A stretch of 64,000 nt of DNA from Haliotis cracherodii (Eukaryota): positions 3,224,001 through 3,288,000 of the forward strand of contig NW_027266289.1 of the NCBI RefSeq assembly GCF_022045235.1, written 5' to 3'. Positions 11,901 to 23,674 of the stretch are shown here, piece by piece (the stretch's first letter is position 1; each line of letters opens with the position of its first letter). The notes under the pieces are model-generated. The model had not been told where the DNA came from, ran no database searches, and was given only the letters and a program-made list of their open reading frames with translations. Both the position numbers and the translations under genes were made by a program.

Positions 11901-14704
11901 TGAGGCTTGTGAGAATATGCTGGAAATACCCACCTGTGCATAAAATGGACTTGTCCGACATTCTCGAGGTCGTATTCTAATGAGGGAGTAATCATTTTTT
12001 TTAAATACGGGTAAAAAAATTTAAACTTGTACATGTTATCATCATCCTTAAAGATGCTGTACATAATGTTGATATATTCATATAAGAAATAAACGACTCG
12101 TGGTCGTTGTTGATCCTTCGATAAAACACTGTAGGATTTATTCTCCCTGTAGTGTTTTACACCCTGATATCTCCTCACTGCAGGGTAGGTCGGGTAGAAT
12201 GTGGTTAAAGCGTTTGCTCGTCACGCCGAAGACCCGGGTTCGATTCCTCACATGGGTACAATGTGTGTAGCACATTTCTGGTGTCACCCGCCGTGCTGTT
12301 GCTAGAATATTGTGAAAAACGGCATAAAACAGTAATCACTCACCCCTAAGGGCATTGCATCACCTTATTGTTTCTGTCTGTGTGTATGTGTGTATTTGTG
12401 TTAGTGGTCAATACTAGTATGTCACTGTTATACCACCCCCAGCCAGATTACTGTTTATTCACCGTCTGTGTGTATGTTTGTTAGTGGTCAATATGTCACT
12501 GTTATACCACCCTAAGCGAGATAACTGTTTAGTCACCGTCTGTGTGTAAGTGTGTTAGTGGTCAATATGTCAATGTTATACCCCCCTCAGCCAGATAACT
12601 GTTTCTTGACCGTCTGTGTGTATGTGTGTTAGTGGTCAATATGTCACTGTTATACCACCCTCAGCCAGATAACTATTTAGTCACCGTCTGTGCGTTAGTG
12701 TGTTAGTTTTCAACACTAATATGTCACTGTTATACTGGCCTCAGCCAGATAACTGTTTTTTGACCGTCTGTGTGTATGTGTGTTAGTGGTCAATACGTCA
12801 CTGTTATACCACCCTCAGCCAGATAACTGTTTCTTCACCGTCTGTGTGTATGTGTGTTAGTTTTCAACACTAATATGTCACTGTTATACCGGCCTCAGCG
12901 AGATAACTGTTTACTCACCGTCTGTGAATGTGTTTTGGTTGTCAACACAAGTATGTCAATGTTATACCACCCTCAGCGAGATAACTGTTTCTTGACCGTC
13001 TGTGTGTATGTGTGTTAGTGGTCAATAAGTCAATGTTATACCACCCTCAGCTAGGTAACCCTCTGCTGTTGTTTTCTGTCAGAAAGGTCAATGCCTCGCA
13101 GCTACATTCGAACAAAGGCACAGTTTCCCCACATCTTGTGTCCATTACCACAACTTGTTGAAGGTCACCAGGGAAATGTTATGTCATGGTATCACAACAT
13201 TGGTCACGTGCGTGGCTAAAGTCGATACTTCCGGGTGTTAGCTGTGTTGTGAGCCAGTGTGGGTGCTGAGCTGTGACCCTTGCTATTGTTGCAACAAGCG
13301 GCGGGGGAGGGGGAAGGGAGGGGGAACGGGGGAGGGAGACGGAAGGAGGGAGGCGACGAGGGCAGGGGATATATGTAACACATCACGTCTTTAAGATGAA
13401 TAAAACCAGGTCAGCCGTTTCTTTTTCTTTCGAAAAAACGATTTATGAGGCTTCACTCGCCACGCTTAAACTCACGTGCAGTTAACAACAATATACCCAT
13501 GTGTTGTTATTTACTCATATACAATGTTTATCTCAACAACACAGTGCTCACAATACGTCCATGTGTTATTTTGTAAAACGCCATGTTTATCTCTACTGAC
13601 GGTACTGACATCTGACATCATCTACTGACACCTGACACAATCTACTGACAGCTGACACAATCGACAGTATCGACAGCTGACACAATCTACTGACAGTATC
13701 GACAGCTGACACAATCGACAGTATCGACAGGTGACACAATCTACTGATAGTATGGACAGGTGACACAATCTACTGATCGTATCGACAGCTGACACAATCT
13801 ACTGACAGTATGGACAGGTGACACAATCTACTGATCGTATCGACAGGTGACACAATCTACTGACAGTACCGACAGCTGACACAATCGACTGACAGTATCG
13901 ACAGCTGACACAATCTACTGACAGTATCGACATCTGAGCAATCTACTGACAGTATCGACAGCTGACACAATCTACTGACAGTATCGACAGCTGACACAAT
14001 CTACTGACAGTAGCGACATCTGAGCAATCTACTGACAGTATCGACAGCTGACACAATCTACTGACAGTATCGACATCTGAGCAATCTACTGACAGTATCG
14101 ACAGCTGACACAATCTACTGACAGTATCGACAGCTGACACAATCTACTGACAGTATCGACAGATGACACAATCTACTGACAGCATCGACAGCTGACACAA
14201 TCTACTGACAGTATCGACAGCTGACATTATCTACTGACAGTATCGACAGATGACATTATCTACTGACAGTATCGACAGATGACATTATCTACTGACAGTA
14301 TCGACAGCTGACATTATCTACTGACAGTATCGACAGATGACACAATCTACTGACAGTATCGACAGCTGACATTATCTACTGACAGTATCGACAGGTGACT
14401 CATTCTACTGACAGGTTCGACAGATGACACAATCTACTGACAGGTTCGACAGGTGATACAATCTACTGACAGGTTCGACAGATGACACAATCTACTGACA
14501 GGTTCGACAGGTGACACAATCTGCAGACAGGTTCGACAGCTGACACAATCTACTGACAGGTTCGACAGCTGATACAATCTACTGACAGGTTCGACAGGTG
14601 GCACTCTATTCCAACTTACCCACTGTTCCAGCCAGGATCTCCACCACACACACTACCATGCCCAGGACCCGTGCGTCAACCTGCCACCCCACCCTGGAAT
14701 CCAT
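2749..14704 (-). CDS. Secreted or cell-surface FN3/Ig protein, DCC/neogenin-related (signal peptide, 4 FN3, Ig, continues beyond the left edge). Exons: 14620-14704, 10866-11171, 7628-7956, 6659-6809, 5937-6101, 5215-5433, 4458-4616, 2749-2900
   Basis: Eight GT-AG exons join in frame (1566 nt, 522 codons). FN3 signatures (W..P, L.P.T.Y.V.V.A) and the Ig motif LTC...W are present. Confidence 0.9.
2963..3680 (+). mobile_element. Interspersed non-coding repeat, copy 1 (interrupted by SINE B)
   Basis: Collinear similarity to 57600-58378 (gagaaaagtgatatt..., tagttccacattgacaaggcaaaa, ggtcatttatggagttaat). Confidence 0.8.
3106..3370 (+). mobile_element. SINE family B, nested in an interspersed repeat
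   Basis: Matches the copies at 21472, 43537 and 59642; (aacc)n tail. Confidence 0.85.
3735..4360. repeat. ~27-bp minisatellite
   Basis: Unit gtgacgtattgtatcgaccagtgacg(a)t. Confidence 0.95.
4458..4616 (-). CDS. FN3 C-terminal half exon (NQLKRDIVTGTNTETVVEWLDPGTEYAMNITSF...)
   Basis: Acceptor gtgtttcag|CC, donor GCGG|gtataa, contains the FN3 tyrosine-corner motif LDPGTEY. Confidence 0.88.
4563..5112. repeat. 59-bp minisatellite, ~9 copies, spanning the acceptor of exon 4458-4616
   Basis: Unit is tgtttcag plus about the first 50 nt of the exon. Confidence 0.95.
5215..5433 (-). CDS. Linker plus FN3 N-terminal half exon (KRKGFK...PGIPENLHVFNVSSTSVGLRW...HDMA)
   Basis: Acceptor ctctttag|GC, donor GCAG|gtagga. 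Confidence 0.88.
5456..5811 (-). mobile_element. tRNA-derived SINE, family A
   Basis: A box (tggtctagtgg) and B box (ggttcgatccc) head, (cctca)n tail, TSD aagatgcata. Four copies in the window. Confidence 0.9.
5937..6101 (-). CDS. FN3 C-terminal half plus basic linker exon (DLEENSTYRVRLAARTVNGTGPYS...RKSRK)
   Basis: Acceptor tttgtag|AT, donor AAAG|gtaaac. Confidence 0.9.
6145..6460. repeat. 39-bp minisatellite
   Basis: Unit ggacgtcaccactgaccacacgtggata..., about 8 copies. Confidence 0.95.
6659..6809 (-). CDS. FN3 exon (LVRLSWNPPPASKRHGKITQYKIQY...EYILT); not in the ORF track
   Basis: Acceptor gttgcag|CTG, donor ACAG|gtaagt, phase 0-1. Confidence 0.92.
6925..7420. repeat. 46-bp minisatellite
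   Basis: Unit gaaagtacgtgaccctcaagacctgaacatgtgcttaatgacgtat. Confidence 0.95.
7628..7956 (-). CDS. FN3 exon (FN2-like plus the start of the next FN3)
   Basis: Long polypyrimidine acceptor accag|AC, donor AGG|gtgacg, contains NLIPGRRYNFRL. Confidence 0.92.
8040..8388 (-). mobile_element. tRNA-derived SINE, family A, nested in the Tc1 TIR
   Basis: Same sequence as 5456-5811, with an imperfect TSD ending aaaaacag. Confidence 0.9.
8703..9650 (+). pseudogene. Tc1-type DD34E transposase pseudogene
   Basis: MPRL...HTH, FNHESRF (catalytic D lost), FQQDNAPPH, PDLNPIEHL. In-frame stops (8907, about 9472) and a frameshift. Confidence 0.9.
9815..10720. repeat. 30-bp minisatellite
   Basis: Unit gtagacaagtcgtgttgaatgtatcagtgt. 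Confidence 0.95.
10866..11171 (-). CDS. FN3 exon (neogenin/DCC FN5-like)
   Basis: Acceptor ttccag|GT, donor TTG|gtaagg. Reads VRWHDPGLGETQLLDGRHYNVKY...YVFRVKAVKGQESSVWSETA. Confidence 0.92.
11192..11314. mobile_element. 123-bp hairpin MITE (Tc1/mariner-type)
   Basis: Near-perfect inverted repeat ctactcaaaagaagttaag...cttaacttcttttgagtag with TA flanks. Confidence 0.85.
11657..11792 (-). mobile_element. Short tRNA-derived SINE, family C
   Basis: (actc)n tail, 3' end shared with family B, inverted partner at 12190. Confidence 0.75.
12190..12345 (+). mobile_element. Short tRNA-derived SINE, family C
   Basis: Head gtggttaaagcg...gggttcgattcc (A and B boxes), tail cactcac. Confidence 0.75.
12375..13052. 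repeat. ~71-77-bp minisatellite
   Basis: Unit ccgtctgtgtgtatgtgtgttagtggtcaatatgtcactgttataccaccctcagccagataactg... Confidence 0.9.
13590..14600. repeat. 29-bp minisatellite
   Basis: Unit ctactgacagtatcgacagctgacacaat. Confidence 0.95.
14620..14704 (-). CDS. Exon 1, signal-peptide-like (MDSRVGWQVDARVLGMVVCVVEILAGTVG)
   Basis: Start context gcatcATGG, hydrophobic stretch, donor GTGG|gtaagt in phase 1 matching the next exon. Confidence 0.75.
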
Positions 14705-14719
14705 GATGCCTGTCTTCCA

Positions 14720-15005
14720 AGTCTCCCCGCCAAGTATTCCTGCTCAGTCTCCCCGCCAAGTATTCCTGCTCGGTATCCACGTTCAGTATTCCTGCTCAGA
14801 ATCCTTCGTCAGATTCCACATTCAGTATTCCTGCTCAGAATCCTTCGTCAGATTCCACATTCAGTATTCCTGCTCAGTACTAGTATTCCTGCCAAGTATT
14901 CCTGCTCAGTATCCCTGTCAACTATTCCTGCCAAGTATTCCTGCTCGGTATCCACATTCAGTATTCCTGCTCAGTATCCTTGCTCAGTATTCTTTTCAGT
15001 ACCCC
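14720..15005. repeat. Degenerate cagtattcctgct repeat, probably in the 5' UTR of the FN3/Ig gene
   Basis: Repeated 13-mer core immediately upstream of the ATG at 14704. Confidence 0.8.
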
Positions 15006-15269
15006 CGTCCACTACATCCATCTGACGTTGTCCCATGCGTGTGTGCTTGACACGGTCGTCCCACGCGTCAACGGGCCCTCGACTGGCCAAGTGGCTGGTG
15101 TTGGCGAGGGGCTAGAACAGTGTGCGGCTGCCCGGGGCAAGGCCGAGGATACTTCAGCTCACAGGGGGGAGCGAAGAAAGAACTGGGACTAGGGGAGCGG
15201 AGAGAACTATAAGTGTCCGTCACTACAAACAGCGTGTCTCGTTCTGCTTCTCGTGAGGCGTCTCTTGTA

Positions 15270-15805
15270 CTGGACTGTAGTACTGTCTCTCGTACTGGAT
15301 TGTTGTACTGTCTCTTGCACTGTCTCTAGTACTGTCTCTAGTATTGTCTCTAGTACTGTCTCTAGTACTGTCTCGTATACTGTCTCGTATACTGTCTCTT
15401 GTACTGTCTCTAGTACTGTCTCTAGTATTGTCTCTAGTACTGTCTCTAGTACTGTCTCGTATACTGTCTCGTATACTGTCTCTTGTACTGTCTCTAGTAC
15501 TGTCTCTAGTATTGTCTCTAGTACTGTCTCTAGCACTGTCTCTAGTACTGTATCTAGTACTGTCTCGTATACTGTCTCGTATACTGTCTCTAGTACTGTT
15601 TCTATTACTGTCTCTAGTACTGTTTCTTATACTGTCTCTAGTACTGTCTCTAGTATTGTCTGTAGTACTGTCTCTAGTACTGTCCCTAGTGCTGTCTCTA
15701 GTACTGTCTCTTATACTGTCTCTAGTACTGTCTCTAGTATTTTTTCTAGTACTGTCTCTAGTACTGTCTCTAGTATTGTCTCTAGTACTGTCTCTAGTAC
15801 TGTCT
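15270..15805. repeat. 12-bp minisatellite
   Basis: Unit ctctagtactgt. Confidence 0.95.
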
Positions 15806-15809
15806 TGTT

Positions 15810-16885
15810 ACAAATTCATACATTTTCTTAGTTTCATAGCATGATAAATGAACATTGATAAATTTCTCATAGTTTCTGTACAATCACAAGTCATTAATTT
15901 ACAAAATTTGTGACCGTTTGGGTTGCCGTAGAAATAGTTATTTAGATATGTTGCTCTTAAATCTTTATACACTAGACATACACATAAAACGTGATATTCA
16001 TCTTCAATACAATCAGTTTTACAAATCCTACAAAGTCTGTGTTCTCTTGCAATACCTTCATATCTGCCTGTTTCAATTAATAGATCATGTGAGCCACAAC
16101 GGAATCGAGAAAGGGCTGTTCTAAACTTATGAAAATTTACACTTAATAGATAAGGTTCTCGTATAATAGAAGTCTTAAATGTAGTGTAGTGATTTGCTTT
16201 TCAAGAACTGGACAAAGAACCATGCCATTTTTGGATGTACATATCTTTCAAGGTCTGTGTCAAGCGGGAGAAGAAATGCTGTGGCATATCTACATGTTGC
16301 TGTAACCAAATATAACCATATCCACATTCGTACAACATGGTTTTAACTTTTGATGCCCAATTTTGTTTCCCATGGCTGTCGTAGAGAAGCATCATATTAT
16401 TACATTTTCTAGGGTATCTTGAAGATGGCATATTTAATAAATTGACCCAGTATTTAATAACCTTTAAATAACTATTGATATACACGGGAAACTTTCCGCA
16501 CTCACCATATACCCTTTCGTTTTCTGTGCTAGATTTTACACCAAAGAACTTTTTACGTGCATTCAAATGTTTTTTCTCAATAACATCCACATGTTCTAGG
16601 CCCCAAATTTCTTATCCATACAATAGAATCGGTTTATATTTGTATCAAATATTTTAAAGTACACATATGTAATATTGTCCAGAACTCTAAGACTTTTTAA
16701 TATGCCTACAAACATTTCTTGACTTGCGATGAAATGTTATGTGCATTCCTTGACCAAGTTAATCTATTTGTAAAACACACGCCTAAGTTTGTTTTTTTAT
16801 AAAATGAAACAATTTCTACAGGCTTCCCACTGTAAAGTCATTTTTCTTTTCTGGATATGTTACCACCATTTTTTTTAAAACAAGT
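15810..16885 (-). mobile_element. Non-LTR retrotransposon 3' fragment (post-RT C-terminal region), decayed
   Basis: Reads VYGECGKFP...IKYW...NWASKVK...QKW, then SRFRCGSHDL.IETGRY and EDEYH motifs typical of LINE ORF2 C-termini. Frameshifted. Confidence 0.8.
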
Positions 16886-17232
16886 TTTGTCTCTAGTATA
16901 TTGCTAAACACAGTGTTAAAGAAAACAAACACATACAAACAAAACAGTCTATGCTGTCAATGCTCGAAACCGGTCCTGTATGGCCGTCAGGTACACTCGG
17001 TGATGGGTGCAGTGTACCGCTGATGCGTAGCCTGAGCCCCTCCAAGTCTGACTATTGATGCTCTAGGGCACATTACTGTATACAGAAAGGGACGTGGGGT
17101 ACAACGACCTCAGTAGCGTCGCTAACAAGGTAATGGAGATTAGTGGTAGCATTAAAATTACTCTGACATTAAACCCACATGGCTGAGATTATGTGCTAGT
17201 AAGTTGCTGAATTGCCAAAACTTTGAAACCGA

Positions 17233-17500
17233 CAGGACCGACCGGTGTAGTGGTAGAGCGTCCGAGAGCGAAAGGTCCGATATTCGATCCCCGGGCGCAT
17301 CATGACAGAAGACGTTAAAAGATGGTACTTGTTGTTATCCTGTCCGGCTTTCGGCATTAAGGGGCTTAAACAAGGTCTCGGAGTCAGCATAGTCTGTCTG
17401 AGTGGGCTATTCATGTCAAACTGCGGCATGGTATCTCAGTGGGCTAGCACTATAAATCGGCATCAGTCCGAACTAGAACAAGCCGCCACACAAGTACAAG
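17233..17500 (+). mobile_element. SINE family A, diverged copy
   Basis: Reverse complement of the other copies (gacgttaaaagatggtacttg...). Confidence 0.8.
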
Positions 17501-17529
17501 CATTCTGGTAGTTGGAGAGCTCGAAGCTC

Positions 17530-19560
17530 CTCTATGAGTGGTGGTAGCAGTCTTGGAAACCACTCTTTATTGGGCCATGCCGGAGCTATCAGAATTATGA
17601 CGCCATCTATGTTCTCGGTCTTCCTTATTTATGGGTCTTGGAAAGACCAAAGTGGGAATGCGTAAGCGAACATCACTGGCTGACTCACGGATGGGGTTTA
17701 CCTGGTGGACTAATGGATCTGGTTATCAGCTGACCTATACAGGTAGTCGTTTGTTTAGGTATGTAGCAATGAGATCCAGAAATGGAGTGTCCTACACCGT
17801 GGTGACCCATTTGAATACCTCAGGATGGAGGGTCCATTCTGTGGGTACCATCTTGGCTTCCGGGATAGGCAATCTGCAAGAATGTTCAACGTCTATCCTT
17901 CAACTCATCTAGTCTACCAAGGCAAATAAATGCATAACCACCCTCAACAAACGTACCCCTCTTGTGCCCCCTTGCTTGTGTATTTTATCTACCGCCGTCT
18001 GCGGCTATCAACACTGACGAGTGCTGCGATAGATGTGTCCAGGCTTTGATTGCTTGGATGATAGCCCAGTTTCCAGATAATGTCTTCTTGTCGTTGTCTG
18101 ACCACACTCATTGGACCCCGACGTTGTCTATTTGAGCACCCCAGCCTTCGCCTGACGCATCTGTGTAAGGGGTTGGACGGAATGGCAAATATGACTTGGA
18201 TACCTGACATAATATTGTTACGCTGAATCCACCCAAAAGCTGACACGTGAGGGGGTTGTGTTAGATCTTCCAGTTCCCTATTTCTGGTAGGATTCATTCA
18301 AGCTTGCAGTAGACGTAACTAATGATAACCTTTGAAACTAAGACCTTGGAGTCATGTTAAAGTTCTAAGCAAGACATCCACCAACGTCGTGACCTGATGG
18401 GTTGATCGAGTGCATTTAGGATCATTTCTCTTGCTCTTAGAAATCTGTCCTCTGAACCTTGCCCCTTTGAACATAATGCTGGTTCTAATTCAGACTTGAC
18501 GGATTGTACAAGGAAACTCAAATGTGGAGTTGAATAAGAAAAATTGCATTTGTCTTCATCATCTGAGAAAAAATGTCTATATAGCCGTGCAGTCTTAAAA
18601 GATGAGAGAACCTTATTATGTGAGTGATTATCCTTGTGAATGGTAGAAAACTGAATTCGAACCTTTGATCGATCACTTCAGAGTGGAGGTAAGGTCAACA
18701 ACTAGGTTGAATAGGCACATGCAGATCAGTCCAGGCTGACTAGCCAATCTCCTTGGATGAGTAGAAACTTCTTCTTGTGCCTAACTCCTGCAATACACTG
18801 ATTGCCAAGTTGTTTTTGTATAGCCAAGTTTGCGGCCGCTAACTTGGTACCTACGAGATGAAATCAGCGTCTTATTGGATGTAATATAAGCTCCGGACAC
18901 TGTTGGAAATGGAGTTTGTACCCTCTTTTTGCCAATTTTCAAATTTCCAATTTTCGCCGTATAGTTACAAACGATCAGCGACTGGTCCTGCGGTTGGCGT
19001 TAACATTCAGTAATCGGTGATCAAGGTCCAACAGCATAGCAAGGATAGGATTTGGCCGAATGATTTCTGGTGGACTTAATGAGACACAAACGTCGACCTC
19101 AACCGCCGCTATTGACTTTACCACGACCTCTGCCTCTTTGGAAGTCATATTTTCCTTGGCTTTGTCTGGAATGGGATGAAGTAGCTCTCCAAGGAGATGC
19201 ACGAAAAGACTCTCATCCCGACATAACATGTTTACATATCGGAGGGTCCATGTGACTGGGTATCTGTTGTGCGCTACTTTTTTATCTTCGATGCCATAGA
19301 GAAAGTGAGTTCTGGAATCTCTGATTTGTGGTATGTGAGATCAATCACAGACGTTAGCTTGCGGTTGAAGAATTGGGGGCCCAATATCGACTGAGACATC
19401 AAGCTGCGCCTTAGTGGGTCTGAAGTATTGTGCCTAACTTGTTGAATCAGATGGTTGCATTGCCTAATCAGAAATTGTGTGAAGATCCATACCTACGCAG
19501 ACTGAATAACTTCGTGCATCTTAAGAATGCTGTCTTTCATTGCTGACAGGAGCAAGTACA
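17530..19560 (-). mobile_element. DIRS-type (tyrosine-recombinase) retrotransposon relic
   Basis: RNase H motif YTDASGEGWGA (~18135-18168), then NILADCLSR, TEWTLHPEVF and LDLIATYLNKRLP (DIRS RNase H / methyltransferase-like region). Many stops. Boundaries approximate. Confidence 0.75.
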
Positions 19561-19579
19561 CGCAGCTAATCAGTTCATA

Positions 19580-19732
19580 TACATAGAGGTTATCACGCGA
19601 GTGTGTTTGGGGATGATAAATATCCTGCATTAGGAATAAACATTGTATTTAGCGAGCCTTGGCGAGCTAAATACATAGTGTTTATTCCTAATACCATCCC
19701 CAAACACACAAGCGTGATAACCTCTTTATCAT
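19580..19732. mobile_element. ~150-bp palindrome of the same structural class as 48718-48878
   Basis: Arms agaggttatcacgc...gcgtgataacctct, centre gcgagccttggcgagc. Confidence 0.65.
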
Positions 19733-20798
19733 ATAATGTCATTCTTTAATTCTGTGCTTCAAATTCGCTTTCCCTCTCTTACAAACATTACCGAAACATT
19801 GCAAGTTTTCCTGGAATGCGCGCATTAATATTTATTACATCACAGGGTAAGTGATGTGACAGTCGGACAGTGACAGTAGCTAATATAGTTCAAACTGAAA
19901 TCTGTTTCTTATACAGTGGCGAAATAACATATATGCAAAACAACAGTTGTTTTTAATTGCCTTTCGCGGCAATCCATCGGTCTGTCCGCTAGAGTAACTG
20001 CCCTTTGTCAAAGGGAAGCTACTCTAACCCTAGTCTATGAGGCGTCACGGCCACGGTCAGACGTTGTTGACAGTCGGTCTGTCCTGTTATAACGTTAAGA
20101 AGTGTAGTCATGCAGATGTACACACAGCGACAAAACGAAAAAGGTAACAGTTCAAACATATTTCGGCCAAATCCAACTATTTTAATTTGTGGAGAAGGTT
20201 TCAAGCCGCAGAGGTCTACAAGCACAGATATGGCTACTGATCCCGCTTGGCTAGGCCTCGTGCCCTCGCAAAATTGTTCCGAAAGTTATATCTCCAAAGT
20301 TACCAAAACTTATAAAATGCCTTAGCTACGTCACAGTTAGACACTGATTTTCAGTGTATTAGACTGTTCTTTTGATAATGATAGCAATTATCCCTGTAGT
20401 TTATCCAGATACCCGATGGTTAATTCTGACTCGATCGCCGAATGACGAGGGCGACGCCATGTTTGTTTATAAACAGTGATTGTAGTCCCTCCATGAACTT
20501 TGATATTTGCATCTCTATCCGCATATGACCCCAACGGATATCGTTTTTATCCGTTGGCTTTATCCTGCCGAGAAACCTACCCATTATATGATAAATGTTG
20601 ATATTAATCATCTGCTTACCGACATTGTCCAAATTATCCGAGCTTTTGAAACAGCTGTCATTTGTGACAATTGCTGAGGGAGCACGTCCTTCGTACTCGG
20701 AACCCCTTGACACTATTTACTTCATGTCTTGGTATGTTAGATTGACATACCTGGCTCGAAGAATGGGGTCTATTGCTTCTATACCTGTCAGACGCACG

Positions 20799-21343
20799 CA
20801 TCTTCCCAAGGCAAGTGAGTAAACTGACTATAAAAGTCCCGTTTCCACCCTTGCCATACTAGGCTGGTATTATGGAGTTACATTTTGGCTGGACTAACGA
20901 GTCTATGCATGGTCCAATCAAAATCGCGCACCGAAATCGAAATCCGGTTCGTAAAGTGTCATGCAGATTTCGTTCGACTGCAGGATATGCAAAACATGTG
21001 CACCGCTAACTCGTTGTCAACAGAAATTTTCAAAATGTTTTCATGCTTTTAATCAAGGTGCTCACGTGATTTGATGCACTTCGCGATGTAAGACTCGTTT
21101 TATCACAATACAGATCTTGATTATCAATCAGATCGTCTTGACTGGGCGCCACCGTTTTGTTAGAAGCAAATGCAAGTGATACGAGAGGGTGAATCTGATT
21201 GGTCAATAGGAGAGGCATAGAAAGGACATAACTCGTAATAGCCACTGGTGGCGCTACGATCGAGCCCAGGAATTCCAGCCTAGTTCGGCAAGGGTGGAAA
21301 CTGGACTTTTAAAGTCAGTTAACTCACTTGCCTCGGGAAGACG
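20799..21343. mobile_element. MITE with ~65-bp TIRs and an 8-bp TSD (P- or hAT-type)
   Basis: Termini catcttccc...gggaagacg, TSD gacgcacg, second copy at 40305. Confidence 0.88.
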
Positions 21344-21471
21344 GACGCACGTGGCCCATGCTCCGTTACCCGTGATGCATGGCGCGAGGAGGGGCTATAC
21401 TCACTACTCTCCCTGGATACTTTCTTTTGATTTACAGATTGTTTTAAAACATTGATGTCATGTGAAATACT

Positions 21472-21623
21472 ATAAAATGCATGTCATCGATTCCAATTGC
21501 GTGGATCGATGCTCATGATATTAATCACTGGATTGTCTGGTCCAGACTCGATTATTTACAGACCGCCGACATATAGCTGGAATATTGTTGAGTGCTGCGT
21601 TAAACAACAAACCAACCAACCAA
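21472..21623 (+). mobile_element. SINE family B, 5'-truncated
   Basis: 3' half of family B, TSD tcatgtgaaatac. Confidence 0.85.
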
Positions 21624-23157
21624 TCATGTGAAATACCTTCTAGGCGTTTTTCAAATATGGCGGACATATAAGTAGTTAGTGTTTAAAGGGGCATCAGCGA
21701 TAGCGACTATAGCACTCTAGTGGGCGGAGCTTAAACGAGTGATTTGATATGACGTCATAATAACATACAAATTTCATTGGTGAATGCGTACACGGGTGAC
21801 GTCATGTAAACACCCACCCACTTGGGCCGTTTGACAACAAGTACATAAGTTTCAATGGTAGTAAATATCCATCAAACGATTCAAAGACTTTTCAACAAAC
21901 CCGTAGGTCTTTGGTTTCAAAACCTACCTGTCATGTCGTCTTCACATCTTCATAAAATTATACTGTGAAATGTCCACCATTTATCCAACACGACACAAAT
22001 TATAGTTCTTCCCTATTCTCTGGGCGAGAACAAAATATGTTTGTCGTGGTGAATAAGTGCAGTGTAATTGCACAATAAAACTTAATCTGTATCACCAATC
22101 GTTATCCTGTGGTGTACGGTATATCTGCAGTTTATGAATAGCATTTCTCACAATATATAATCGTGATTTCAACAGTGTTTATATTTCGTTGGAATCTGGA
22201 TGACAACAATCGTGTAAACAACCCTGGTAATGGTCACAAATATTTCAAGTGATGAAAGTAGTTTATGTCGTTTCCGTCATCATGTTTTCATTGCCCAGTA
22301 GCAATGTATTTGGGCAAAGTCACACTTGTCCCAAAGCTCCTGAAGTCAATCGATCTGTGAAACTTGTCGGGGCCATGCAGTGACCCAGATTCCCTGTTGA
22401 TTGGCATGCCAAGTGTCATTTGCATAAGGTCATCCATATTTATTGTATGTGTTTCTCCCCCCAAGCTTCAACTAACAAGAGACGAAATAAGATATATTAC
22501 TTATTGTAATTTCAGTAATTGTGTAAGTTATTTTATGACATTTAAAAAAAAAATTAAAACACTTAGAACCAGAATCTAGTCTTTGAATTAATTTATGATT
22601 TAGAATCTAGATCGAGTCGGAAACGAATTTTTAATAAACAGAAGCAAGATAAGGTTGACCTTTTTATGACGGTGCAATGGTATATCTGGTAGTATTTCTT
22701 TTATTACATTGGAGCGCAATATTCCACATCGGCAGGAAAAATTGAGACACAAAATTTAATTTTGTATTATTTCACGTCGGAGTGGAAATAACATACGGAC
22801 AGCCTCATACTCCGAAACGATGTTCAGACGAATAATTGTTCACATTAATTATGTAACGTGCGTGAACATGGGTTTCAATGTTATAATCATCAAGGTTATT
22901 CAGGTCGCTGGCTACGCAGATCGACCTCTCTTGTAAACTACTTCGACATGAAAACATGTTTGGTTTCGAAGCTCAAAGCAACAATGTTTTTCTCAGATGC
23001 ATTTTTCACCATCCATGACGAGCATCTGTCATAATGTCAATGCCTCGACAATCTTCCTTGTCAGTTGATATCAACAGTGTAAACCGAGCCCTGAAAGATT
23101 GACACATCTCGTGATTTCATCAAAGATGACAACTACCTGAATATGGTCAATAAATAA

Positions 23158-23163
23158 TTTATT
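23158..23163 (-). terminator. Candidate distal APC polyadenylation signal AATAAA (proximal candidate at 24817-24822)
   Basis: AATAAA on the minus strand at the end of ~3 kb of largely TE-free sequence downstream of the stop codon. Confidence 0.4.
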
Positions 23164-23674
23164 TGCAAAGTTGATTCTAGTTCTAAGGTTGCCATGGTAA
23201 CAACATTACACAGGATTGTATAATTTTACAGAATGTTTGTACAAAACACAATGACATTGACTGGTGACAGGAAAACCACTGACTACACAAGATCATAGAA
23301 AACAGGAGGTTGAAAAGTAATCCACACTCATGCATGCTTGGCTTACGTCGTCATAGAAACAAGTGCCTACTACAAAGTTGTCAACAAGACCTTGGTGTAG
23401 AATGATTAATGCTCTCTTTTCATGCACGGACAGACAAACACACAATGTGCAAAACCTTGCAGAAAATGTCAACTTGATTCAACCACTGAATAGAGTTTAA
23501 GATGTTCTCCTTGATCTTGATACAGAACAGAGCTGAAAGGTGCAGAGTTGGGTTGTCAGGAACTGCTTGCTTAGAATAACGCACTACTGCCTACCAATTT
23601 GTGTTGGTGTGCGGATTGTTTTCTTCATTTTTGACAGCAATTGTAAGGAGTAAGTTGTCCAGAATTTGTGAAAA

